Shown here piece by piece: positions 40,433-49,394 of a stretch of 64,000 bases of DNA. Origin of the DNA: Alphaproteobacteria bacterium. GTDB lineage: Bacteria > Pseudomonadota > Alphaproteobacteria > UBA828. The position numbers and the translations under genes are program-made. The notes beneath the pieces are model-generated. The model had not been told where the DNA came from, did not search any database, and saw nothing but the letters and a program-made list of their open reading frames with translations. Location of the stretch: assembly GCA_963667785.2 (NCBI GenBank), contig CAXXMU010000005.1:403786-467785 (forward strand). The letters run 5' to 3'. How positions within the stretch are numbered: position 1 is the stretch's first letter; each line of letters begins with the position of its first letter.

Positions 40433-41863
40433 CTAGTCGGGCGCCGCCTTCCAGAAATACTGACGCATCCCGCGCCGTTCATCCACATGCTTGATCCTGA
40501 AGCGCATGCTCGCCCGCGTGCCGACGTCGAAGCTCTCGGGATTGACCTCCGTGAACTCCACCATGGTGCGCCCGCCGCCCTCGAACTCGACGAGGCCGAG
40601 ATAGGCCGGCGGGTCCATGGAGAACACAAGATGGTCCGCGGTGAAGGTCTTCACCGTGGCCGGCACGTCCGCCATGGGGTGGGGCTCCTGCGTGTCGCGC
40701 GCGCCGCAGTTCGGGTTCACGCAGTAGATCGAGCGCGGGTACTGCACGGTGCCACAGCGGCTGCAGCGGCCGCCGACGAACCCGGTCACGCCCTCGCGGT
40801 TGCGGTACTGCGCGGTCAGCGCGGGCGGACGGTCGAGCTCGGCCCGCTTGCCGTATTCGCGCTCGACGACCCCGCTGTAGGTCAGGAACCTGTGATAGCT
40901 GGATTCCTCCACCCGCCGGCTCAGCCACCCGGCGACGCCGCGGCCGGGCCGGGTCGCGCCGATCGCATCCGTGACGCGGAACACCAGCGCATCGCAGCCC
41001 TGGCCGAACCCGGTGACGACGATGGTCTGCCCCGGCTCAGCGTCCGCAAGCTCGGCCGCGAGCATGAGCAGCGGCTGGGCCGTACCGCACTGGCCGACCG
41101 TCTCCATCATCGGGTCAGCAACGGCGTCCGCCGGAATGCCGCAGGCCCTGGCGACGCTCTCCGGCACCCGCCGCAGGTGGCAGGGCACGATCAGGCGGTC
41201 GACGGCCGCAGGCTCGACGCCGGCCTTCGCGAGCGCCCGCGCGACCGCCTGCGGCACCAGCTTCAACCAGCCTTCGTCGCGTATCCAGCGGTCCTCCCAG
41301 CCATAGTCGAAGTCGTCGCCGCTCGCGCGGAAGTGATCGATGAAGTCCGCGGCGACCGTCGCTGCCCCGAGCAGGGTCGCGATCTCCCCCTCGCCGCCGG
41401 TGCGAAGAGCGGCCGCCCCGTCGCCGGACAGCATCTCCATCGGGCTGCCGGCCCGGGCCCTGCGGCGGTCGGCCGCCGCCACGATCGCCGGCTGGCCTGC
41501 CGCCGCGGCGTCGAGCGCGCTCATCAGCGCGGTGGTCGAGGCGCGGAGCGAGCCCGCCACGTCCATGGTGCGCAGCGCGCTCCCGAGATTGAGCGCCTCC
41601 GCGACGATGCCGGCATTCTGGCGGACGGCGAAGGGATGCGTGGTCGACGCCAGGAACAGCGCCTCGACGGGCGCGGCCGCGCCCATGTCGCGCACGGCCT
41701 CCACGGCCATCGTGACCGGGTCCTCGTCCCAGCTGCACATGCTGCGCTCGCCGCGCGCGAGGGCTGCAAGCGATGCGTCGAACCAGGCGTTGGCGGCGGC
41801 GATCGCCGAGCGTTGAAGGCGTCGGCGCGGCAGGTAGGCGCCATACGCGGTGATGCCGGGCAC
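40433..41863 (-). CDS. HMG-CoA synthase-like domain fused to DUF35 (Zn-ribbon/OB-fold)
   Basis: N-terminal GITAYGAYLPRRRL and DEDPVTMAVEA; C-terminal CSRC..CVNPNC followed by an OB-fold. Confidence 0.85.
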   Translation of the reverse strand: MPGITAYGAYLPRRRLQRSAIAAANAWFDASLAALARGERSMCSWDEDPVTMAVEAVRDMGAAAPVEALFLASTTHPFAVRQNAGIVAEALNLGSALRTMDVAGSLRASTTALMSALDAAAAGQPAIVAAADRRRARAGSPMEMLSGDGAAALRTGGEGEIATLLGAATVAADFIDHFRASGDDFDYGWEDRWIRDEGWLKLVPQAVARALAKAGVEPAAVDRLIVPCHLRRVPESVARACGIPADAVADPMMETVGQCGTAQPLLMLAAELADAEPGQTIVVTGFGQGCDALVFRVTDAIGATRPGRGVAGWLSRRVEESSYHRFLTYSGVVEREYGKRAELDRPPALTAQYRNREGVTGFVGGRCSRCGTVQYPRSIYCVNPNCGARDTQEPHPMADVPATVKTFTADHLVFSMDPPAYLGLVEFEGGGRTMVEFTEVNPESFDVGTRASMRFRIKHVDERRGMRQYFWKAAPD

Positions 41864-41975
41864 GTCGGGACTCCGGAGACGGACGGTTGCGCGACCGAGG
41901 GCGGGCGCATACTACACGCTCGCGGCCGCAAGACCAGTCGGCCGGCGCAACTGCTCCGGGGGACGGGGGGCAGGC

Positions 41976-42737
41976 ATGTCCAGGGTCATGATCGTCACGG
42001 GCGGCAGCCGCGGGATCGGCGCCGCCGTCGCGCGGCTCGCCGGCGCAAAGGGATACGATGTCGCCGTCAACTACGCCCAGGCCAGGGACCGGGCCGAGGC
42101 GGTCGCAGCCGAGATCGAGAGGGCGGGCCGGCGCGCCGTCGCCATCCAGGCCGACATGGGGCGCGAGGACGATATCCTGCGGATGCTGGACGTGGTCGAT
42201 TCCGAGCTCGGGCCGGTCACGGCCATCGTCAACAATGCGGCGATCGACTACGAGACCCTGATCCCCGACATGGACCTGGCGAAGCTGGAGCGCGTCTTCG
42301 CGGTCAACGTCTTCGGCCTCTTCGTCATCGCGCGCGAGGCGGTCAAGCGCATGTCGACCAGGCTGGGCGGAAAGGGCGGCGCCATCGTCAACGTCGGCTC
42401 GATCTCGGCCCGCTACGGCGGGCTGCCGAGCGATGTCGTCTACGCCTCGTCCAAGGGCGCCGTCGATTCCTTCACCAAGGGCCTCGCCCACGAATATGCC
42501 GAGTACGGCATTCGCGTGAACTGCGTGCGCCCCGGATTGATCGCCACCGACATGTGGGAGCGCTCCATCGGCATCGAGGCCGCGACCGCGCTCGGCAGGA
42601 CCGGCTCGATGCTCAAGCGCATCGGCCGGCCCGAGGAGGTCGCGGCCATGTGCCTTTGGCTCTGCTCGGAAGAGGCCTCCTACGTCACCGCGGCGATCTA
42701 CGACGTGGACGGCGGGCGCGGCAACAGGCCGGCGTGA
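41976..42737 (+). CDS. SDR family oxidoreductase
   Basis: TGGSRGIG, YASSK and RVNCVRPG. ATG at 41976. Confidence 0.9.
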   Translation: MSRVMIVTGGSRGIGAAVARLAGAKGYDVAVNYAQARDRAEAVAAEIERAGRRAVAIQADMGREDDILRMLDVVDSELGPVTAIVNNAAIDYETLIPDMDLAKLERVFAVNVFGLFVIAREAVKRMSTRLGGKGGAIVNVGSISARYGGLPSDVVYASSKGAVDSFTKGLAHEYAEYGIRVNCVRPGLIATDMWERSIGIEAATALGRTGSMLKRIGRPEEVAAMCLWLCSEEASYVTAAIYDVDGGRGNRPA

Positions 42738-42838
42738 GCGGAGTGAGCGAGGGTGCTGGCGCATTCGTGCGCCGCAGCGCTTGCACCGGGGCGACGAGTA
42801 TCCGATAGAACCGCAAGAGAACGCCGCAGGAGGTGACG

Positions 42839-43243
42839 ATGAGCATGACCGACGAGGAACGCGATGCCTTCCTGCGCGAGGTCCGCATCGGCACGCTGTG
42901 CACGCTGAACGAGGACGGCTCTCCCAACGCGCTCCCGCTCTGGTACGAGTGGGACGGCGAGAAGGCCCGCATGTTCTCGATGCTGGACACCGGCAAGGTG
43001 ACGCGGCTGCGGCGCGATCCGCGCGCCTGCCTCAGCGTGGCCGACCCGGTCGGCGCGCCCGAGGCGTGGGTCACGGTGGAAGGGACCATCGAGCTCTTCG
43101 ACGAGGGCGGCAAGGAGTTCGGACTCGAGCTCACCAGGCGCTACTACGAGAGCCCGCGGCGGGAGGAGGCCATCGCCGAGTGGTCCGCGCGGGACGACTG
43201 GATCCTGCTGGTGCTCACGCCGACCCGCATCCTCTCCTACTGA
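42839..43243 (+). CDS. Pyridoxamine 5'-phosphate oxidase-like (PPOX, possibly flavin/F420-binding) protein
   Basis: LCTLNEDGSP..PLWY and KVTRLRRDPR motifs. AGGAGG RBS before the ATG at 42839. Confidence 0.8.
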   Translation: MSMTDEERDAFLREVRIGTLCTLNEDGSPNALPLWYEWDGEKARMFSMLDTGKVTRLRRDPRACLSVADPVGAPEAWVTVEGTIELFDEGGKEFGLELTRRYYESPRREEAIAEWSARDDWILLVLTPTRILSY

Positions 43244-43262
43244 TGCCCGACGCGAGCGACCG

Positions 43263-44048
43263 TTGAGGATCGCGGACAAGTCCGTCGTCGTCACCGGCGG
43301 CGCGAGCGGCATCGGGCTGGCGCTCGCGCGCCGCTTCCGCGCGGAGGGCGCGCGGGGCATCGCCCTGGCCGACCTTCAGGAGGACGCCCTGCTGAACGCC
43401 GCCAGCGAGATCGACGCCCTGGCGGTGCCCTGCGATGTGGCGGACGAGGCCGCCGTCAAACGCCTCGTCGCGGCCGCAGAGGACACCTTCGGGCCCGTCG
43501 ACGTGTTCGTCTCCAACGCCGGCATCGCGCGCATGGGGGGCGTCGACGCGCCGGACGAGGAGTGGCGGCAGAACTGGGATATCCACGTCATGGCCCACGT
43601 CTATGCGGCGCGGGCGGTGGCGCCCGGGATGGCCGCGCGCGGCAGCGGCTATCTGGTCAACACGGCCTCGGCCGCCGGGCTCCTCAGCCACGTGGATTCG
43701 GCGACCTACTCGGTGACGAAGCACGCCGCCGTGGCCTTCGCCGAGTGGCTCGCGATCGCCTACGGCGACCGGGGCGTGCGGGTCTCGGTGCTCTGCCCGC
43801 AGGCGGTGCGCACGGCGATGCTCGCGGGCCATGACGAGAGCGTCGCCAGCCTGGACGGCATCCTCGAGCCGGAGCAGGTGGCCGACTGCGTGATCGCGGC
43901 GATGGAGCGGGAGGCGTTCCTCATCCTTCCGCACCCCGAGGTGCAGGGCTACATGGAGCGCAAGGTCTCGGACCACGAACGCTGGCTCAAGGGGATGCGC
44001 AAGCTGCGCGCGGCGCACGGAGGAGCGCCCTCCCGGCCCCATTCCTGA
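43263..44048 (+). CDS. SDR family oxidoreductase
   Basis: TGGASGIG, SNAG and YSVTK motifs. TTG start. Confidence 0.9.
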   Translation: MRIADKSVVVTGGASGIGLALARRFRAEGARGIALADLQEDALLNAASEIDALAVPCDVADEAAVKRLVAAAEDTFGPVDVFVSNAGIARMGGVDAPDEEWRQNWDIHVMAHVYAARAVAPGMAARGSGYLVNTASAAGLLSHVDSATYSVTKHAAVAFAEWLAIAYGDRGVRVSVLCPQAVRTAMLAGHDESVASLDGILEPEQVADCVIAAMEREAFLILPHPEVQGYMERKVSDHERWLKGMRKLRAAHGGAPSRPHS

Positions 44049-44066
44049 GCGGAGAGCGTCACCGAC

Positions 44067-44519
44067 ATGGCACGAGCGGACTTCGGCTTCTTCTTCCCCT
44101 TCCGGGTGAGGTATGCGGAGGTCGACGGGCAGATGATCGTCTTCAACGCCCACTACCTCACCTACTTCGATACCGCGATCACCGAGTATTTCCGGGTTCT
44201 GCCCTACGACTACCAGGGGCAGGTGGAGCGTACCGGCGAGGACTATCACACGGTCCGGACCGTGGTTGAGTACTACGCGCCGATCCGCTTCGACGACGAG
44301 ATCGAGGTCGGCGTGCGGACCGCGCGCATCGGCCGCTCGAGCCTCACCTTCGGCCTGGAAATTCACCCGAAGGGCCGGGACGAACGCCTCGCCTCCGGCG
44401 AGGTGGTATGGGTCAACACCAACCAGACGACGCACCGCCCGGCGCCGCTTCCCGCCGAGCTGGTCGGGAAGCTGCGGGCGTTCGACGGCGACGCGAAGGC
44501 AACCGAGCAGGGAGGATGA
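44067..44519 (+). CDS. Acyl-CoA thioesterase (YbgC/4HBT family)
   Basis: RVRYAEVDGQMIVFNAHYLTYFD. Confidence 0.9.
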   Translation: MARADFGFFFPFRVRYAEVDGQMIVFNAHYLTYFDTAITEYFRVLPYDYQGQVERTGEDYHTVRTVVEYYAPIRFDDEIEVGVRTARIGRSSLTFGLEIHPKGRDERLASGEVVWVNTNQTTHRPAPLPAELVGKLRAFDGDAKATEQGG

Positions 44520-44989
44520 CGATGGCGGAACTCACTCTCGAGCAACAGGTGGCGCGGCTTGCCGCGATCGAGGACATCAAGCGGATGAAGGCGCAGTACT
44601 GCTACTACGCCGATCACGGCTACGATCCGGACGGCATGGCGAGCCTCTTCGTCGAGGACGCCATCTGGGACGGCGGCCAGTTCGGCCGCTACGAGGGCAG
44701 GGAAGCGATCAGGGAGTTCTTCGCCGGCATCTCGAAGGAGATCGTCTTCGCGATCCACCCGGTGATGAACCCGATCATCACGGTCGACGGCGACACGGCG
44801 AACGCCAAGTGGTGGCTCATCATGTGGAGCACCATGATGGTGGACGGCGAGAAGCAGGCCCGCTGGTTCGCCGGCGAGTACGACGATCATCTGGTGAGGC
44901 GCGACGGCGAATGGCTGTTCACCTCCATCACGGTGGACGGCAAGTTTCTCGCCTCTCCCGTCGAGGGCTGGGCGGAGCAGACGGGGTAG
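44516..44989 (+). CDS. NTF2/SnoaL-like protein (BaiE/LinA-like)
   Basis: LAAIEDIKRMKAQYCYYAD, LFVEDA, HPVMNPII and GEYDD motifs. ATGA overlap with the thioesterase stop. Confidence 0.8.
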   Translation: MTMAELTLEQQVARLAAIEDIKRMKAQYCYYADHGYDPDGMASLFVEDAIWDGGQFGRYEGREAIREFFAGISKEIVFAIHPVMNPIITVDGDTANAKWWLIMWSTMMVDGEKQARWFAGEYDDHLVRRDGEWLFTSITVDGKFLASPVEGWAEQTG

Positions 44990-45060
44990 GGCATTGTCCA
45001 AACGGACACGATCGTGCCCGGTTGTCGCACGTCCCCCTTGCTGCAAGCAGCGTGGATCGC

Positions 45061-45173
45061 CCCCCTCCTCACCCCGGCCCTCTCCTCCCCCGAGGGGAGG
45101 AGAGGGAGGACGAGCCGGCGCCGCCACGTCCCCCCTCCGCCCTTAGGGGGAGGGGGGACAGGGGGAGGTGGGG
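45061..45173. repeat. REP/RIME-like double palindrome between convergent genes
   Basis: Two hairpins: CCCTCTCCTCCCC-cga-GGGGAGGAGAGGG and GTCCCCCCTCC...GGAGGGGGGAC. The second unit matches 63892-63937 in reverse complement. Confidence 0.8.
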
Positions 45174-45246
45174 ATCGATCGCGCTGCCGCGATCCCGTAC
45201 GGTCGGATACGCTCAAGCCGCGGCCTACCCGCCGGGGCCCAAACGC

Positions 45247-45747
45247 TCAGTGGTCGCCCTGGCCCGACTCGTCACCGTGCCCCATCCCGGCCTCGACCGA
45301 GACGCTGACCGTGACATCGCCCGCGCGCTCGAAGCTAAGGGTGACGGGGATCGTCTCCTCGGCGAACAGCGCGAACTTGAGGCCGATCAGCATGACGTGG
45401 AGGCCGCCGGGGGCGAGCGCCACCGTGGCGCCGGCCGGCAGCGCGATGCTCTCCACCTTCTCCATGCGGTGGATGCCGTCCTCCATGGTGCTCTCGTGGA
45501 GCTCGACCTTCGTGGCCAGCGGCGTGGCGACGGCGAGGAGACGGTCGTCAGCGTCGCCGCCGTTGCGCATGTCGAGGTAGATCACGCCGTTCTGCCCCTG
45601 CGACGCCGGCCGCGACCGGGGATGGACGATAGTGATGTCGCCGGCCTGCTCCTCGTGCGCCGCAGCCGGCGTCGTCACGGGCGCCGCCAGGGCGACGGCG
45701 GCCAGCGCGGTGACGAGGGCGGCGACAGCGACTCTCGACCGGATCAT
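45247..45747 (-). CDS. Periplasmic copper chaperone PCuAC
   Basis: Signal peptide and the H-x10-M-x21-HxM motif (ELHESTMEDGIHRM...GGLHVML). Confidence 0.92.
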   Translation of the reverse strand: MIRSRVAVAALVTALAAVALAAPVTTPAAAHEEQAGDITIVHPRSRPASQGQNGVIYLDMRNGGDADDRLLAVATPLATKVELHESTMEDGIHRMEKVESIALPAGATVALAPGGLHVMLIGLKFALFAEETIPVTLSFERAGDVTVSVSVEAGMGHGDESGQGDH

Positions 45748-45778
45748 TCCCGTTCTCCCTCTCTCCCGGCGCCGCCGG

Positions 45779-46621
45779 CTACAGGCGGCCGGGCGCCGCC
45801 TCGATATCGGGCACGAGGCCCCGCGCCAGCGCCTCGCCGGGCACCTCGATCCGCTCGGCGGGGATCGCGAGGCGCCAGTCGTGATCGACCGGGACGAGCC
45901 GCGTGAGCCGGTCCTTGCCCCGGGTCCGCGCGCCGATGAGCCTGGCGCCGGCGTGGCGCCGCAGCAGCGCCGCCAGCACCTCCGCGCTGCTCGCCGTTCC
46001 GGGCCCGATCAGCACGTCGAGGGCGACCGTCTCCAGCGCGCGCAGCGGCGCGGGCAGCGCCACCTCCCTCGCCCCGTCGGTGCCGCGCAGGCGGATCGCC
46101 CCCTCGCGCGGGCCGGTGAAGAGGCTCGCGACGCGGCGCATGCGGTCGAAGTCGCCGCCCCCGTTGCCGCGCAGGTCGAGCACCAGCCGCGCCGCTGCGC
46201 CGGGCGTGGGCGCGTGCGCGTGCGCGACCACGGCATCGGCGATCTCGCGGTCGGCGGTGCGGCCGAAGCGGGCCAGCACCAGGACCAGCGCGGAATCGTC
46301 CTGCCGCCAGACGGCCGTGACCGAGGGACGGGTGTAGGCGCGGCGGATCGTGTCCGTATCGGGGTGGCTCACCCGAACCAGCCGTGCCGCAGGGAGGCTG
46401 CCGGCGATGAGCCGCGCGGCGCAGCCAGAGTCCGCTGGCGCACAGTGCCGCTCGATGGCCGGGCCGAGCGCCGCGGGCAGAGCGGCGTGGCGCGCGACGG
46501 CTCCGAGCAGGCGGTCGCGCGGCGCTTCCGCCTCGGCGTGCGCGGTCGAGGCCGCGGCCAGCGCAGCCAGCGCCAGCAGGCCTGCGGCGACGATGCGGGC
46601 AGGTACCGTCGCCGCCGGCAG
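45779..46621 (-). CDS. Secreted S41-family peptidase without PDZ domain; probable CTG start
   Basis: LVLDLRGNGGG, GTASSAE (Ser) and TRGK (Lys), with a signal-peptide-like N-terminus. There is no in-frame ATG or GTG near the start, but AGGAG lies 7 nt before the CTG at 46621. Confidence 0.75.
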   Translation of the reverse strand: MPAATVPARIVAAGLLALAALAAASTAHAEAEAPRDRLLGAVARHAALPAALGPAIERHCAPADSGCAARLIAGSLPAARLVRVSHPDTDTIRRAYTRPSVTAVWRQDDSALVLVLARFGRTADREIADAVVAHAHAPTPGAAARLVLDLRGNGGGDFDRMRRVASLFTGPREGAIRLRGTDGAREVALPAPLRALETVALDVLIGPGTASSAEVLAALLRRHAGARLIGARTRGKDRLTRLVPVDHDWRLAIPAERIEVPGEALARGLVPDIEAAPGRL

Positions 46622-46632
46622 AGCGGCTCTCC

Positions 46633-47799
46633 TCAGTGACAGTAGTTGACCGCTCCCGCCATGTGCGCGCCCCAGGGCTCCGCGCCCACGCCCTCGATGG
46701 TCGCGGTGACGGCCTGCGCCTGAACGTCGATCACGGCGACCGTGCCGGCATCGCTCAGCGCGACGTAGAGCTTGGTGCCGTCCGGCGTCACGACGCCGGT
46801 CTCGGGCGTGCCGGGCAGCGCGATCTCGCCGGCCGGGCGCATGGTCACGAGGTCGATGACCAGCGCCTTGTCGTCGCCCCGGCTGATGACGAAGGCGAGG
46901 GTGTCGAGCAGGCCGGCGTTGACGCCGGTCATGTCGGCCGCGCCGGGGAGGCGGGCGACCTCGGTCAGCGTCTCGGTCGAGACGATCGAGACCGTCTCGT
47001 CGCCGTTGTTGGGGACGATCATGTAGCGCCCGTCGGTCGTGGTGAACGCGCGCCAGGGCGTGTCGCCCAGGGTGAGCGTCTTGAGCGTGCCGCCGGTTTC
47101 GAGGTCGATCACCGCCATGCCGTCGCCTTCGCCGTAGGCCGCGAAGCCGAGCCTGCCGTCCGGCGTGGCGGTGACGTTGATGATGCCCTGGTAGGCGGTA
47201 TCGTCCTCGCCGCGCGCGGCCAGGGCGCGGTCGGGCCCGACGGCAATCTCGCCCGCCACCCGGGCCTCCGCGACGTCGATCACGCTGACGAAGCTCGCGC
47301 CGAGATTGCCGACATAGAGGCGCTGGCCCGAGGGATCGAAGGTCATGTTGTGGGGCTCGTGCAGCCCCTCCACGCGCGCGAGCTCGCGCTCTTCCTCGAA
47401 CGAGACGAGGGAGACCGTGCCCTCGCCGATATTGCCGACGGCGATCACCGCGCCGGAGGGGTCGATCTCCATGTGCTCGGGCTCGTGGCCGAGATGAACG
47501 GTGGCCGTCACCTCCAGCGTCGCGAGGTCGATCAGCGAAAGGGTGTCGTCGGCGGTGTTGGTCACGGCCATCTTGCCGAGACGCTGCGAGACCGCGACCT
47601 GATGCGGCACCTGACCGACGGGAACGTGGGCGACGACCGTATCGCTGCGCGTGTCGATGACCGCCACGTCGGCCGACGCCCGGTTGGGCACGAACACATG
47701 GTGCGAGAGGTCGTCCAGCGCGTGCGCGCGCGGCGCCTCTGCGGCGAGCGCGGTGAGCACGACGAGCGCGCCGAGGCCTGCGGGCAACAGCTTGATCAT
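46633..47799 (-). CDS. Secreted YVTN/YncE-type beta-propeller protein
   Basis: Signal peptide and repeated VxN...VSVID blades; the C-terminus is NYCH. ATG at 47799. Confidence 0.85.
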   Translation of the reverse strand: MIKLLPAGLGALVVLTALAAEAPRAHALDDLSHHVFVPNRASADVAVIDTRSDTVVAHVPVGQVPHQVAVSQRLGKMAVTNTADDTLSLIDLATLEVTATVHLGHEPEHMEIDPSGAVIAVGNIGEGTVSLVSFEEERELARVEGLHEPHNMTFDPSGQRLYVGNLGASFVSVIDVAEARVAGEIAVGPDRALAARGEDDTAYQGIINVTATPDGRLGFAAYGEGDGMAVIDLETGGTLKTLTLGDTPWRAFTTTDGRYMIVPNNGDETVSIVSTETLTEVARLPGAADMTGVNAGLLDTLAFVISRGDDKALVIDLVTMRPAGEIALPGTPETGVVTPDGTKLYVALSDAGTVAVIDVQAQAVTATIEGVGAEPWGAHMAGAVNYCH

Positions 47800-47867
47800 T
47801 CCTTCCCCTCCCATGAGTTCGCGCGAGCCGCCGCGCGGGCCGCCCCCGGCGGCATGGACAGAGAGGC

Positions 47868-47897
47868 AGCATAGGAATCGCCGCGGGGCGGGGTCAA
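47868..47897 (-). promoter_or_regulatory. Putative sigma70 promoter of the YVTN-S41-PCuAC operon
   Basis: TTGACC-N18-TATGCT; the -35 box overlaps the pyk stop codon. Confidence 0.5.
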
Positions 47898-49339
47898 GCG
47901 CGCGTCCCGGTTTTCTGCCGCGTACTGCCGACGCGGGCGATCCTCAGTGCATTGGTGGTGCCGGGGGTGCCGAAGGGAACGCCTGCGGTGATGACGATGC
48001 GTGCGCCGGGGGCGGCGTGGCCCGAGTCCAGGGCGTGCGCGCACGCCTTCTCCACCATGTCGGTGAAGCCGGTGGCGTCTTCGGTGTGGATGCAGTGCAC
48101 GCCCCAGAGGAGCGCGAGCCGCCGTGCCGTCCCGAGATTCGGCGTGAGCACCAGGATCGGCGCCGGCGGCCTCTCGCGCGCCGCCCTGAGCGCGGTCGAG
48201 CCGGAGGTGGTGTAGGTCACGATGCTGGCCGCATCGAGAGTCTCCGCCACCTGGCGGGCGGCGGCGGTGATCGCGTCGGCCGAGGTGGCTTCCGGATCCT
48301 GCTGCTGCCAGTGGACATGGCGCCGGTAGGCGTCGTCGTGCTCCACGCGCTCGATGATGCGGTTCATCATCGCCGTCGCCTCGCGCGGGTAGCGGCCGGC
48401 GGCGGATTCGCCGGAGAGCATGAGCGCGTCCGCGCCGTCATAGACGGCCGTCGCCACGTCCGAGGCCTCGGCGCGGGTCGGCGCCGGCGCGTTCATCATG
48501 GAATCCAGCATCTGGGTCGCGATCACCACCGGCTTGCCGGCGCCGCGCGTCGCCCGCACGATCCGCTTCTGCGCGGCCGGCACGTCCTCGGGCGCGAGCT
48601 CCACGCCGAGATCGCCGCGCGCCACCATGATCGCGTCGGAGAGCGCGACGATCTCGTCGAGGCAGTCGAGCGCTCTGGGCTTCTCCAGCTTGGTCACGAT
48701 GGCCACGTCGTCCGGCACCAGGCGGCGCGCGGCGGCGATGTCCTCCGGCCCCTGGACGAAGGAGAGCGCGACCCAGTCGACGCCGAGGCCGAGCGCGAAC
48801 GCGAGGTCGTCGCGATCCTTGGCCGTGACCGCGTCGATGGGGAGCGTCACGCCCGGCAGATTCAGCCCCTTGCGGTCGGAGAGGAGGCCCGGCGTGACCA
48901 CCTCGGTCTCGGCCCGGCCCGGGCCGCAGTCGGTGACCGAGAGCCGTACCTTGCCGTCGTCGAGCAGGACCTCGGCGCCGGGCACGAGCGCCTCGAAGAC
49001 CTGCGGGTGCGGCACGCCGACGCCGCTTCCGTCCCCCGGCGCATCGCCGAGCGCCAGGGTGAAGCGCTGCCCCCGGGCGAGCGCCGCCTCGCCGCCCCGG
49101 AAGGTGCCGATCCTGAGCTTCGGCCCCTGCAGGTCGACGAGGATGCCGATCGGCCGGCTGACCTCGGCCTCGACCGCGCGAACGAGGGCGTGACGGGCGC
49201 GGTGCTCGGCATGGCTGCCGTGGCTGAAGTTGAGGCGGAAGACGTCCACGCCGGTCTCGAACAGCGCGCGGACCATCGACGCATCGGTGCTCGACGGCCC
49301 GAGGGTCGCGACGATCTTGGCGCGGCGGTGGCGGCGCAC
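47894..49339 (-). CDS. pyk: Pyruvate kinase
   Basis: KIVATLGPSS, RLNFSHG, DLQGPK, MVARGDLGVE, ATQMLDSM and MLSGESA motifs. Confidence 0.97.
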   Translation of the reverse strand: MRRHRRAKIVATLGPSSTDASMVRALFETGVDVFRLNFSHGSHAEHRARHALVRAVEAEVSRPIGILVDLQGPKLRIGTFRGGEAALARGQRFTLALGDAPGDGSGVGVPHPQVFEALVPGAEVLLDDGKVRLSVTDCGPGRAETEVVTPGLLSDRKGLNLPGVTLPIDAVTAKDRDDLAFALGLGVDWVALSFVQGPEDIAAARRLVPDDVAIVTKLEKPRALDCLDEIVALSDAIMVARGDLGVELAPEDVPAAQKRIVRATRGAGKPVVIATQMLDSMMNAPAPTRAEASDVATAVYDGADALMLSGESAAGRYPREATAMMNRIIERVEHDDAYRRHVHWQQQDPEATSADAITAAARQVAETLDAASIVTYTTSGSTALRAARERPPAPILVLTPNLGTARRLALLWGVHCIHTEDATGFTDMVEKACAHALDSGHAAPGARIVITAGVPFGTPGTTNALRIARVGSTRQKTGTRA

Positions 49340-49394
49340 GGACGGTGCCTCTGCGATCTCCCTGCCCCCTATATCGGCAAGGCGCCGCCGCCGG

